Shown here: piece after piece, positions 28,721-39,228 of the stretch
Layout: each line of letters begins with the position of its first letter
Position numbering within the stretch: position 1 is the first letter of the stretch
NCBI GenBank assembly: GCA_009783235.1
Contig: WRHN01000001.1
Location: forward strand, 212,046-276,045
From: Candidatus Saccharimonadota bacterium
Lineage (GTDB): Bacteria; Patescibacteriota; Saccharimonadia; Saccharimonadales; Saccharimonadaceae
Reading direction: 5' to 3'
DNA: 64,000 bases
The notes under the pieces: model-generated
Seen by the model: only the letters and a program-made list of their open reading frames with translations
What the model was told of the DNA's origin: nothing
Database searches by the model: none
Program-made: the position numbers and the translations under genes

Positions 28721-28861
28721 AAACATATTGTAACATTTTTTAGGAAGATTTTGCGTAAGTAATCTCAACTCATAAATTTAAAGGCCAGCGTCTTACTTGA
28801 CACTGGCCTTACGCCGAGTTACGTTTGTGGTCAAACCGCTCTGTCGCTTAAAAAACGCCAA

Positions 28862-29818
28862 TCATTGATGTTCGCTTATATAAGCAGAATACAAACCTTT
28901 GGCTACTTCAAGGTAGCGCACACCACCAACGATAATATCATAGCCGACCTTGGCTAAGGCTATACCGTTTTCGGCTTGGTGGTAATTGCGCCCGGTCGCC
29001 GCGCCGGCCGCGCCGTTATCCATTTGGAATATCAGGTTCTCCAGGAACCCATCAACTCCTCTTTTAGCGCCACCTGCGAACATCACGCCAGTGTTGCCTG
29101 CTGCTGTAACTGTCATTTGAATCTGCTCGGCCGTCATATCTTTAGGGGGATTTAATTTGACATAATCAGCGCCGAGCCCGTTGGCCACGCCCGCGGCATT
29201 AATAGCGTTAATAGCTACCTCAGCCGTTACGTCGTTTTTCTCGAGTATCTTCGCGCACTTCTCTTTGTTGTCAAACAGTGCAGCAACGCCCGCGCCTCTC
29301 GGATAATGCCAAAGCACTGTGAACAGACCTATACTATGCGCGTCCAAAATGCCACGCTGAATTTCTGCCAACATCAGGTCTTCATGCTCTGACCCTGTGT
29401 ACAGAGTCCAGCCACAGCCTACAATATTAACTTCGTCTGACAGCTTTGCAACATGCTCCATGTCGCAAAGCAACGCACTGCGCGCATCTTTTGGCGACAA
29501 ATCTGTCTTGGTGTTCATTTTGACGATGAAGTTTACGTCCGGGTATTTTTTGCCGTATCGATTAATAAGTCCGGGGTGGCAAGCTATTGGGGAATTAGAC
29601 TCCCGTGCTATTTTAACTCCCCACTCTGGGTCGAGGTCTCCGGGATTAATTTCTGGCCCATAGAAATCGCTCACTGCAAAATGCTCTGTTCGTTGGTCGT
29701 GCGCGATCATGTTCAAGTAGCCAGTACCGCCTGTCGCTGAGTTGATATTGCCGGTAAACGTGACTCCGTTGCGGTGGTCAGCAAAGGCCAACACGGGTAC
29801 CGTTCTTGTTCTTACCAT
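28862..29818 (-). CDS. class I aldolase, DhnA/FbaB (archaeal-type FBP aldolase) family
   Basis: TIM-barrel aldolase-like sequence with the GADYVKL lysine region. The family assignment is by pattern only. Confidence 0.5.
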   Translation of the reverse strand: MVRTRTVPVLAFADHRNGVTFTGNINSATGGTGYLNMIAHDQRTEHFAVSDFYGPEINPGDLDPEWGVKIARESNSPIACHPGLINRYGKKYPDVNFIVKMNTKTDLSPKDARSALLCDMEHVAKLSDEVNIVGCGWTLYTGSEHEDLMLAEIQRGILDAHSIGLFTVLWHYPRGAGVAALFDNKEKCAKILEKNDVTAEVAINAINAAGVANGLGADYVKLNPPKDMTAEQIQMTVTAAGNTGVMFAGGAKRGVDGFLENLIFQMDNGAAGAATGRNYHQAENGIALAKVGYDIIVGGVRYLEVAKGLYSAYISEHQ

Positions 29819-29981
29819 AACACACCTCTTTCGTTTTGGGCCCTCCTGGGCCTATCCAAAAAGTGACTCGTTTTTTAATGTACGACCCACTCTAATTGAC
29901 GCTTAGTGTATCACATTTCAACTATTAAGTCAACAAAATTTCAGTCGGATAGCTTAAGCGCGTTAATTTTGCTTCGCCCCA

Positions 29982-30010
29982 TTGACTTTGTATTGTGTAT
30001 GTGCTAAAAT
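29982..30010 (+). promoter_or_regulatory. sigma70-like promoter (TTGACT-17 nt-TAAAAT) on the plus strand
   Basis: -35 TTGACT at 29982-29987, a 17-nt spacer, and -10 TAAAAT at 30005-30010. No plus-strand ORF lies downstream. Confidence 0.5.
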
Positions 30011-30016
30011 GGCGAC

Positions 30017-30082
30017 ATAAATACCAAACAAAAAGGTATTAAAACAAAAACACCCCTCGACCGCTTCTCAGGGGTCTTTTTG
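30017..30082 (+). ncRNA. candidate small RNA (about 65 nt) bounded by the promoter at 29982 and an intrinsic terminator at 30051-30081
   Basis: Sequence acauaaauaccaaacaaaaagguauuaaaacaaaaacaccccucgaccgcuucucaggggucuuuuu: a small 5' hairpin (auacc/gguau), then a GC-rich hairpin (cccctcgaccgcttctcagggg) plus a U-run. Confidence 0.3.
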
Positions 30083-30083
30083 A

Positions 30084-30887
30084 CTAATTAAGCCAGCTGG
30101 CGGCAGCAGCCTCTATCGGGTCATCTGTCCACATTTGATAAATCGCAGTGCGAGTAGCCAGTTTGCCACTCCATACCAGTGTAGGGTTAGCAAATTTTTG
30201 ACTCGCTACTTGCCCGTTTGCGGCCGCTAACAACATGTCTTTATGAAACAAATTAATGCTCACGGGGTATGTCAGAGTGAATTTATGTAGATTTTCAACT
30301 GTCTGAGTCAGGTTTTGGCTAAAGGTCAAGACTTTTGGATAATAAACACTCTGAAATAGTTTTTGCAATTGTTGGAAGCTAACCGCCAGAGTGGTACGCG
30401 GGCGGTTCATTAACCGTTCGCCCATGCCGCGTAACAAATCCACCGCATCGCGCGTGATAGCTACGGGTTTATCGCTTTTCAGCAAGATTTTTTCTAGCAG
30501 CAGCCCCGTCTCACTGTTTTGACCCGAATCTCCAACAAACACTACTGCGTCCGCCCAGTCGGTCGCCGCCAGGGCCTGATCCAGACCACTTTTGGCAAAA
30601 CCCCCGCTAACATTGCTGGGCAAAAAAACCGCATCTGGAAACTGATTTTTGACAACTTTCTCCACTGCGTCCGGCATCAGCACACGCACCTGTCCCGCAC
30701 CACAGTCCACAGCAGCCTTGTAGTTCATAGCTACTGCCGCAAAGCCGTGCGCATTGCCACCGATTAGCAAAAGCTTGCCGGCTCGCCGTTTATTTTCTGG
30801 TTTTTTCCATTCAAAATCTGGATATAGCGGCCGCTTCTCTTCCTGTTTCAGCCAAAAATTATAGTCCATGTTAAAATTGTAGCACAA
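30084..30887 (-). CDS. YjeF C-terminal domain / NAD(P)H-hydrate dehydratase-like carbohydrate-kinase-fold protein
   Basis: GKLLLIGGNAHGFAAVAMNYKAAVDCGAGQVRVLMP and AVVFVGDSGQN resemble YjeF_C ribokinase-like motifs. Confidence 0.45.
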   Translation of the reverse strand: MCYNFNMDYNFWLKQEEKRPLYPDFEWKKPENKRRAGKLLLIGGNAHGFAAVAMNYKAAVDCGAGQVRVLMPDAVEKVVKNQFPDAVFLPSNVSGGFAKSGLDQALAATDWADAVVFVGDSGQNSETGLLLEKILLKSDKPVAITRDAVDLLRGMGERLMNRPRTTLAVSFQQLQKLFQSVYYPKVLTFSQNLTQTVENLHKFTLTYPVSINLFHKDMLLAAANGQVASQKFANPTLVWSGKLATRTAIYQMWTDDPIEAAAASWLN

Positions 30888-30931
30888 CGATGCTTTCCGT
30901 GATAATCCTCTAGCACGAACTTTGAAACGGG

Positions 30932-32608
30932 CTAATTTTTAAAGAAATAGCGCAGATAATCGTCCATCATGCGGCTGCCGCAGATAACTGGCAAGTAACC
31001 TCTGAGTTGTTTGTGAATTTGGCTGGCCAATACTCCGTCGCTACGCAGAATTTCGCCTGCTCGGTTCATCTTGTCGTACAGGCTTTGAATTTCCTCTTCT
31101 TCGGTTTGCCCGGTTACTTGCAATATCGGTGCTAATCTAATGTCAGCCACTCCTCCGTCAATAGTCGAAATGAGCAGTTTTAGATTGCCAATGTCTTTCA
31201 TGAATGAGGTGCCGCAAGCCTCTAGCCCGACAATCGGTACGTTGATTGCTACGTCCGAACCAATGGCTAATGCGCGACCCAGTTCCTCGTCATAATCTGG
31301 CAAATAATGCACGCGTTCGCGCAGGAAATCATCTGCGGCGACTTTGTCTAGTACGTCGTGCAACCTCCCCGCCATGACTGTGTCCCCTTCAAAAACCCGT
31401 CCAGTGAACAGATAGTAGGCGTTATACTCTTGGAGTATGGTTTTTAATTTCTCAACATCGCTAAACGGTAGGTCGGGGCGTTTATAGTCGACAAAGCGTC
31501 GCTTAAAATCAAAGACCACGGCATCTTCGGGGATTTTAATGGTTTGCCCTAGGTGGTTTTGGCGCTTTTTCAAAACTCGGTTGAGTTCTGCGCGCCCTTT
31601 CTGTTTCAGTTTTCTGATTTCTCCAGGAGTCAACTTTTTAATATTGCGCTTGTAGCGCCAAGTCGGCAGGTGGTCATCTTCCAGGATTTCTTTATCGAGA
31701 TAGAGATTCAATATGCGTGGATGTATCCAGGTTGGCAAATGTATGCCGTTAGTAATGGCCCGAAAATTCACTTTTTTGCCGCTCAGCTCGTGGTAGTCGG
31801 CCACTCTGGTGTGTAGTTTGGAAACGCCACTGCGCATGTTGGTCAGCTCCAGGCAAATAGTGTTCAGGCGCATTCTGTTGTCGCGAAAAAGTCCCCTCAG
31901 CCAGGTCTTGACTTCTGGGGTAGTAAGGTTCGGAAAAACATATTTTTCAAACTGTTGTAAATCGAACTCGCTCTCAGCAAATTGAACCAACGTGTGGTTA
32001 GTGTACAGAGTATATCGTTTGATATATTGGATTGCTTTGGCTAGGGTTTTACCCTTTTTCACTAAATTGTCTACGCGCGCCAAGGCGGCAAAAGCAGTCG
32101 CTGACTCGTTCAGCTGCATGGCGGAGGGTTTGAGCCCTAATTTTCGCATACCGCGATAGCCGCCAAAACCATTGGCGACATTTTGAAAAAGCCGCTCGTC
32201 GCTATTATTGTTTTCGCTAACATACAAAGTGCCCAGATCCTCCTCAAAAATCGACAATATTTTAGTCGAACCGAGCTCTTTCAAATACAGACTCAATTTG
32301 CGCGGCTCGCTGCCAGCTATATTAATCATTTCATAGCCAACATGACGAAAATCAAAATCACTCGGCTTGATATTTTTTATTTCCATAAGCGACTGGTCGT
32401 CTTTAAACACCTGATGCACTTCCTTAGGATAAAACGGCGTAATAGTAATCAGCGGAATGTCCAGATCTTCTGCTACGCGGCGCGTGTCAGCCGCCAACAC
32501 GCCCAGTCCGCCTGCCCCACGAATACCGTTGGCTTTGTCATAAATTTCCATGGTGAAATAAGTGTACGGACGTCGTGGCGACATGTGTCTTAAAATTTTT
32601 CTATTCAT
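30932..32608 (-). CDS. alpha-glucan phosphorylase family protein (GT35), short form
   Basis: GGLGVLAAD (equivalent to GGLGRLAA) and the PLP-lysine motif EACGTSFMKD (equivalent to EASGTGNMK). Confidence 0.75.
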   Translation of the reverse strand: MNRKILRHMSPRRPYTYFTMEIYDKANGIRGAGGLGVLAADTRRVAEDLDIPLITITPFYPKEVHQVFKDDQSLMEIKNIKPSDFDFRHVGYEMINIAGSEPRKLSLYLKELGSTKILSIFEEDLGTLYVSENNNSDERLFQNVANGFGGYRGMRKLGLKPSAMQLNESATAFAALARVDNLVKKGKTLAKAIQYIKRYTLYTNHTLVQFAESEFDLQQFEKYVFPNLTTPEVKTWLRGLFRDNRMRLNTICLELTNMRSGVSKLHTRVADYHELSGKKVNFRAITNGIHLPTWIHPRILNLYLDKEILEDDHLPTWRYKRNIKKLTPGEIRKLKQKGRAELNRVLKKRQNHLGQTIKIPEDAVVFDFKRRFVDYKRPDLPFSDVEKLKTILQEYNAYYLFTGRVFEGDTVMAGRLHDVLDKVAADDFLRERVHYLPDYDEELGRALAIGSDVAINVPIVGLEACGTSFMKDIGNLKLLISTIDGGVADIRLAPILQVTGQTEEEEIQSLYDKMNRAGEILRSDGVLASQIHKQLRGYLPVICGSRMMDDYLRYFFKN

Positions 32609-32719
32609 ATTGCTTATGATTCTACCAGAATAGTTTTATTCGCACAAGTCCAAAGTTTTCATCTTGTGCCACAAACAAAAAGCCTTCTTAAAATGAAGAC
32701 TTTTTACTGATTAATTTCC

Positions 32720-32796
32720 TGGTGGAGTATGCCGGATTCGAACCGGCCACCTCTTCGCTGCCAGCGAAGCGCTCTAGCCAAATGAGCTAATACCCC
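32720..32796 (-). tRNA. tRNA-Ala (anticodon GGC)
   Basis: Cloverleaf: acceptor GGGGTAT, G3:U70 Ala identity pair, anticodon loop CUGGCAG, T-loop TTCGAAT, 3' CCA encoded. Confidence 0.85.
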
Positions 32797-32837
32797 AGAT
32801 GCGATTGATTTTAACACGTAACCGACTAAAACCAACC

Positions 32838-32925
32838 TGGTCCGCGCGAGAGGACTTGAACCTCCACGAGCGTAATGCTCACTAGCTCCTGAAGCTAGCG
32901 CGTCTACCAATTCCGCCACGCGCGG
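32838..32925 (-). tRNA. tRNA-Leu (anticodon CAG), class II with long variable arm
   Basis: The TGGCGGAATTGGTAGACGCG D-arm typical of tRNA-Leu, anticodon loop UUCAGGA, long variable arm, T-loop TTCAAGT, 3' CCA encoded. Confidence 0.85.
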
Positions 32926-32948
32926 TCGACCAAGGTTATTATAGCATA

Positions 32949-35405
32949 TTAAACGATAATATTGAGTATTCTGCCCGCCACGTAAATAACTTTTTTGGAT
33001 TTTTTGCCGTCTAAATATCCGGCAACATTAGCGTCTTGCCCCGCCAGTTTGAGTGCCTCAGCTTCGGCGGTGTCGTTAGTGACTTCAATTTCGCCGCGTA
33101 GTTTGCCGTTAATTTGCACGCCAATTTTTACAAACTCATCAACAGTCAGCTTCTCGTCATATTCTGGCCACTTAGACAGATGAACTGACTCTTTTTCTTG
33201 CCAGACCTCGCACCAAATTTCCTCTGTCACGTGCGGCGCAAACGGCGCTAGCAGCTGAATATATTTTCTAATTGCCTCATGCCAAACTGCGCTACCCTTA
33301 TTTTTAATTTTCGAAAATTCATTAAGCGCTTCCATCAGCGCAGCGATAGCGGTATTGAAGTTCGTTTTTTCTAAATCAGCACCGACTTTTTTGATGGTTT
33401 TGTTGATGGTTTTTTGAATAATCACATCTTCTGGGCTTTTGGCGGAAGATTTTTTAACTGGTTCATTGACCAAATTCCAAACTCGAGTCAAAAAGCGATA
33501 ACAACCAGCTACGGCCTCGGGGCTCCAAGGCGTGGACTGGTCATACGGCGCCAGAAACGCTAAAGCCATACGCACCGCATCAACGCCATAACCGTCGTCT
33601 GCTACTGAAATCGGATCGACCACACCGCCATCCTTAGACTTGCTCATTTTAGTGCCATCAGTCGTTAACAACATACCGTGCCCGCGCCTGGCCGCGTACG
33701 GTTCGGGCGTTGGCACCAAGCCTTGGTCATACATAAACTGATGATGGAAGCGCGAATACAGCAGATGTAACGTCGTGTGCTCCATGCCACCCATATACAA
33801 ATCAACCATGCCCCAATATTTCAATTTCTTGGCATCGGCAAAAGTTTCGTTATTGTGCGGATCAAAATAGCGCAGATAATACCAATTGGAGCCCGCCCAG
33901 TTTGGCATGGTGTCAGTTTCGCGCTTAGCAGGCTCTTTACACTTAGGACAAGCTGTGTTAACCCAAGTTTCAATCTTACTAAGCGGCGACTGTCCGTCGC
34001 CAGTTGGTTCATAATGATCAACAATCGGTAGCTCAACTGGTAATTGATTATCAGGTACTGGTACCGCACCACACTTGTCGCAATGAACAATCGGTATTGG
34101 TTCACCCCAGTAGCGCTGGCGACTGTAAACCCAGTCGTGCAGTTTGTAGTTAACTTTTTCTTGAGCTATTCCCTTCTTAGCTAGCTCGGTGACAATCTTT
34201 CGTTTAGCCTCTTCTACGTCTAGCCCATCAAGATAGCCTGAGTTGACTAATTTACCATCACCAGTGTAGGCCTCTCGGTCGATATTACCGCCGCCAATAA
34301 CTTCTGTTATGGGAATGTTGAATTTCCTGGCAAACTCCCAGTCACGATCGTCATGCGCTGGCACTGCCATGATCGCACCGGTACCATAACCCATTAACAC
34401 ATAATCAGCAATCCAAATCGGTATTCTCTCCTGTGTAGCCGGATTAATCGCATAGGCACCCGTGAACACACCGGTCTTAGCACGATTGGTGTCTTGACGT
34501 TCAATATCCGATTTACCTTGAGTGGCTTTAATGTATGAATCAACAGCAGCTTTTTGCTCCTTGGTTGTGATTTTAGAAACCAGAGAGTGTTCAGGAGCTA
34601 GCACCATAAACGTTGCGCCAAAAAGTGTATCGGGGCGGGTGGTAAAAACCTTGATCTTATATTCCTGGTCGGCAACAGTAAAATCTACTTCCGCACCAAT
34701 TGACTTCCCTATCCAGTTGATTTGCTGGTCAGCAACGCGTGATGGGTAATCGACATCTTTTAGCCCATCAATTAGTCGCTCAGCGTAATCAGTAATCTTA
34801 AGTAGCCACTGCTTTAATTTCTTTTTTTCGACTAGATTATCGCAACGTTCGTGGCGACCATTGATAACTTCCTCATTAGCTAGGCCAGTTTTACAAAACG
34901 GACACCAGTTAATATTAATTTCGTCTTGATACGCTAAACCCGCTTTGAAAAATTGTAGGAACAGCCACTGGGTCCATTTGTAATATTCTGGATCAGTGGT
35001 CGAAAAACTGCGTGACCAATCAAACGAATAGCCCATACGTTCCAATTGATGACGAAAATGAGCGATATTCTGCTCGACCGCCATCTGGGGAGTAACTTTG
35101 TTTTTGATAGCAAAGCTTTCCGCTGGCAATCCAAAAGCATCAAAGCCCATCGGGAACAACACGTTAAACCCTTGGGCCCGTTTGTATCGCGCCACGATAT
35201 CGCCACCACCAAAAGTCATAGCATGGCCCATGTGCATAGCTGCACCCGACGGATATGGAAACTCGGTTAAAACTGTATATTTTGGTTTATCGTCAAAATC
35301 CTTGGCAACATAAATCTGGCTATCGGCCCATTTTTTCTGCCACTTGCTTTCTATGGTTTTTGGATTGTATCGTTCCATGGAGTATATTCTAGCATATATT
35401 CGCAA
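32949..35405 (-). CDS. leuS: leucyl-tRNA synthetase
   Basis: HMGH (HIGH-type) motif, KMSKS motif (GTKMSKSKDG), CP1 editing domain. 818 aa. Confidence 0.95.
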   Translation of the reverse strand: MRIYARIYSMERYNPKTIESKWQKKWADSQIYVAKDFDDKPKYTVLTEFPYPSGAAMHMGHAMTFGGGDIVARYKRAQGFNVLFPMGFDAFGLPAESFAIKNKVTPQMAVEQNIAHFRHQLERMGYSFDWSRSFSTTDPEYYKWTQWLFLQFFKAGLAYQDEININWCPFCKTGLANEEVINGRHERCDNLVEKKKLKQWLLKITDYAERLIDGLKDVDYPSRVADQQINWIGKSIGAEVDFTVADQEYKIKVFTTRPDTLFGATFMVLAPEHSLVSKITTKEQKAAVDSYIKATQGKSDIERQDTNRAKTGVFTGAYAINPATQERIPIWIADYVLMGYGTGAIMAVPAHDDRDWEFARKFNIPITEVIGGGNIDREAYTGDGKLVNSGYLDGLDVEEAKRKIVTELAKKGIAQEKVNYKLHDWVYSRQRYWGEPIPIVHCDKCGAVPVPDNQLPVELPIVDHYEPTGDGQSPLSKIETWVNTACPKCKEPAKRETDTMPNWAGSNWYYLRYFDPHNNETFADAKKLKYWGMVDLYMGGMEHTTLHLLYSRFHHQFMYDQGLVPTPEPYAARRGHGMLLTTDGTKMSKSKDGGVVDPISVADDGYGVDAVRMALAFLAPYDQSTPWSPEAVAGCYRFLTRVWNLVNEPVKKSSAKSPEDVIIQKTINKTIKKVGADLEKTNFNTAIAALMEALNEFSKIKNKGSAVWHEAIRKYIQLLAPFAPHVTEEIWCEVWQEKESVHLSKWPEYDEKLTVDEFVKIGVQINGKLRGEIEVTNDTAEAEALKLAGQDANVAGYLDGKKSKKVIYVAGRILNIIV

Positions 35406-35580
35406 GAATTAGATAGGCCGTTTCCGCGTCAACCAGGCATTCCTCAATTTCTCGCATGTTGATGATTATTCTACTTTCGCGGGTTGAAAAAAGCAGTTTT
35501 ATGAGTTGCTGTCAAATTTCTCAATTCAGCTGCGCGGTAACGATAACTTAAGCTTTAATATAAATCAACAATATTTTTTG

Positions 35581-35612
35581 GCGTAACACAAAACCGCCCC
35601 TAAGGGCGGTCG
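35581..35612 (-). terminator. intrinsic terminator downstream of the 16S rRNA gene
   Basis: Hairpin ccgcccctaagggcgg followed on the minus strand by the GGTTTTGTGTT U-rich tract. Confidence 0.5.
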
Positions 35613-35783
35613 CCAATTTAACAGTGCAAGTCAATTCTCTAGTCAAGCGTCTCCATTGAATTCTGCTATTAATGTGATAACTCGAATTCGGCAGTTATCA
35701 CTAGATCAACCATAGCTATGGTACGAACCAGTGTGCTTGTAAAACAAGCGCAATTGACCCATAACATGCTTATTTCTCCCTAG

Positions 35784-37384
<1,601 letters not shown>

Positions 37385-37583
37385 TGTTTTAAAAAAACTA
37401 ACATAAAAGATGCTGACGAAAATTGACTTGCACAATTAAATTGTTAAAATGCAGTTTAAAGCTGCCCGCAGACGCTTGAAAACTTTTTGGTGGATTTACA
37501 TCTGTTCTCGCCTTTAACTGCGTGTCATTGTAGCACGAAAAATTTTAAAAAGCAAGCGTTTTTCGCACATTTTTTGTAAAGTA

Positions 37584-37612
37584 TTGCAAAACTTGATGAT
37601 TTATGATATAAT
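37584..37612 (+). promoter_or_regulatory. strong sigma70-type promoter (TTGCAA-17 nt-TATAAT) for the surface-protein gene
   Basis: -35 TTGCAA at 37584-37589, a 17-nt spacer, and consensus -10 TATAAT at 37607-37612. About 150-nt leader to the start codon. Confidence 0.55.
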
Positions 37613-37768
37613 CCCGACATACGCATTGCTAATATGCACTGTTTTTTGCGTAGAACGTACTTTAAAATTCTAGAGGAAGGAAAGGAGAAGGAGACCATTT
37701 GGTCTCACTGCCCCTCTGTAGCGAGGAGCTTAATAAGCCACGAGTTCTAAAGACCGAAAGGAAAAGTG

Positions 37769-39145
37769 ATGAGTAAGGTAAGAAAAAAGCTCCTGCCAGT
37801 TTTGCTGGCGCTACTGTTGGCTAGCCTCGGCGTGCCGACACTAGCTTTCGCTGACGAAACTGCTAGCGAAGCCACAGAAGAAGCTGTAAGCGCAGAACCC
37901 GCGGTAGTGGAGGATGTGGTTACGGCAAGCGACGAGGTCGTAGCTGTCATTATTGACGATGGGGTCGCAGACGAACCCTTTGTTGAGACGATAGCCGCGG
38001 AAGAGGAAGTGATTGATGTTGTAGAAGCCACAGAAGCGGCGCCGCCAGTTGGTACCGTAGAAGCGAGTGAAAGTGAAGAGGCCATAGAAGAAGTTGAAGT
38101 TGTTTTGGTCGCTGATGCTATTGACGAAGATGAGATTGCATTGGCTCCATTGGCGATGGAAGTGACGAATGTAGCCGTCACGCGTGTTAGCGAAGATGCA
38201 TATGTGGTTGAGTTCGATAGTACTGGTGAAGGCTCTGTAGTATTTATGATTTTTAATGCAGATGGGGACACCGTTTTTAGCGTTAACCGTTCCGTCCAAG
38301 AAAATCACAATAGTTACAATTTGCAAATCAATGTTAATGGAGGCCAGGCTGACAGTGTCAGAATTCGCATCACTTTGGACGATGCCGATGGTATACCGCA
38401 GCTGTCTCTTGATTCAACCTACCCAATTCCAGCCTGGCCACCAGCTCCCGCAAGCGACGCCAAGGACATCACGTCTTTTAGTTTGGCTGGCGCGGCGGGA
38501 TTAATCAACGGTGCGGACATTAGCGTCATTGTACCTTACGGTACGGATGTAACGGCGCAGATGCCCGATATCACGCACAGTGGTGTCAGTATTTCACCTG
38601 AGGGAGAGCAAGATTTTTCCAGCCCGGTGCAATACACGGTGACGGCTGAAGATGATTCGACCAAGACTTACACGGTAACAGTGACCGTGGCGCCAGCATC
38701 CAGCGACAAGGACATCACGTCCTTTGTGCTGGCAGGCGTAGCAGGCGCTATTTCTGGTGGAACCATTACCGCTACTGTGCCCTATGGCACTGACGTAACG
38801 GCGTTGACACCTGAAATTGCGCACAACGGCGAGGCCATTTCTCCGAGCGGCGCACAAGATTTTAGCGGTCCTGTTACCTACACGGTAACTGCGCAAGATG
38901 GTTCAACAAAGAACTACGTAGTTACGGCAACGGTCGCTACAACGTTACAAGTTGACGTTCCTGCTCCCATTACTAGTCCGGTGTCTGATAACGCTGATGC
39001 TGATGATGCTGATACCACTATTGTTAAACCTGGTGACATGCCGAAGACTGGCGATAGCGCCCCTTGGCTGATAGCTATTTTGTTGCTTTTGGTCAGCGGT
39101 AGTAGCGCCACGTTGTTTGCGAGTAGGCGTTGGTGGAAGAACTAA
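37769..39145 (+). CDS. sortase-anchored cell-surface protein: signal peptide, acidic D/E/V-rich region, two tandem Ig-like repeats of about 80 aa, then an MPKTG cell-wall sorting signal
   Basis: Signal peptide MSKVRKKLLPVLLALLLASLGVPTLAFA. C-terminal MPKTGD + hydrophobic SAPWLIAILLLLVSG + basic tail RRWWKN is a canonical LPXTG-type sorting signal. Confidence 0.7.
   Translation: MSKVRKKLLPVLLALLLASLGVPTLAFADETASEATEEAVSAEPAVVEDVVTASDEVVAVIIDDGVADEPFVETIAAEEEVIDVVEATEAAPPVGTVEASESEEAIEEVEVVLVADAIDEDEIALAPLAMEVTNVAVTRVSEDAYVVEFDSTGEGSVVFMIFNADGDTVFSVNRSVQENHNSYNLQINVNGGQADSVRIRITLDDADGIPQLSLDSTYPIPAWPPAPASDAKDITSFSLAGAAGLINGADISVIVPYGTDVTAQMPDITHSGVSISPEGEQDFSSPVQYTVTAEDDSTKTYTVTVTVAPASSDKDITSFVLAGVAGAISGGTITATVPYGTDVTALTPEIAHNGEAISPSGAQDFSGPVTYTVTAQDGSTKNYVVTATVATTLQVDVPAPITSPVSDNADADDADTTIVKPGDMPKTGDSAPWLIAILLLLVSGSSATLFASRRWWKN
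38450..38938 (+). repeat. two tandem intragenic repeats of about 243 nt encoding Ig-like/beta-sandwich modules within the surface protein
   Basis: The residue blocks KDITSFSLAGAAGLINGADISVIVPYGTDVTAQMPDITHSGVSISPEGEQDFSSPVQYTVTAEDDSTKTYTVTVTVA and KDITSFVLAGVAGAISGGTITATVPYGTDVTALTPEIAHNGEAISPSGAQDFSGPVTYTVTAQDGSTKNYVVTATVA are about 70% identical. Confidence 0.7.
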
Positions 39146-39187
39146 AGCGTTAAAGTTTCATTAACCATTTTCCTCTCAAGGATTCAA

Positions 39188-39228
39188 AATACCCCAGTTC
39201 TCTTTTGAGACTGGGGTTATTTCATTTT
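39188..39228. terminator. bidirectional intrinsic terminator between convergent genes
   Basis: Hairpin accccagtctc/gagactggggt with A-run upstream and T-run downstream. Confidence 0.55.

Noticed and set aside
32704-32919. 71-aa ORF on the minus strand
   Set aside because: It lies entirely over the tRNA-Ala and tRNA-Leu genes, so it is a spurious frame.
35406-35783. Possible T-box leader upstream of leuS
   Set aside because: I could not find the conserved T-box motif (AGGGTGGNACCGCG) or a specifier/antiterminator arrangement on the minus strand. There are only generic hairpins, one of which is the 16S terminator.
37747-38326. Two minus-strand ORFs (174 and 161 aa) rich in Ser/Thr/Ala
   Set aside because: They are antisense to the surface-protein gene, which has a signal peptide, repeats and a sorting signal and is clearly the real frame. 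The antisense frames are open only because of the biased codon composition.
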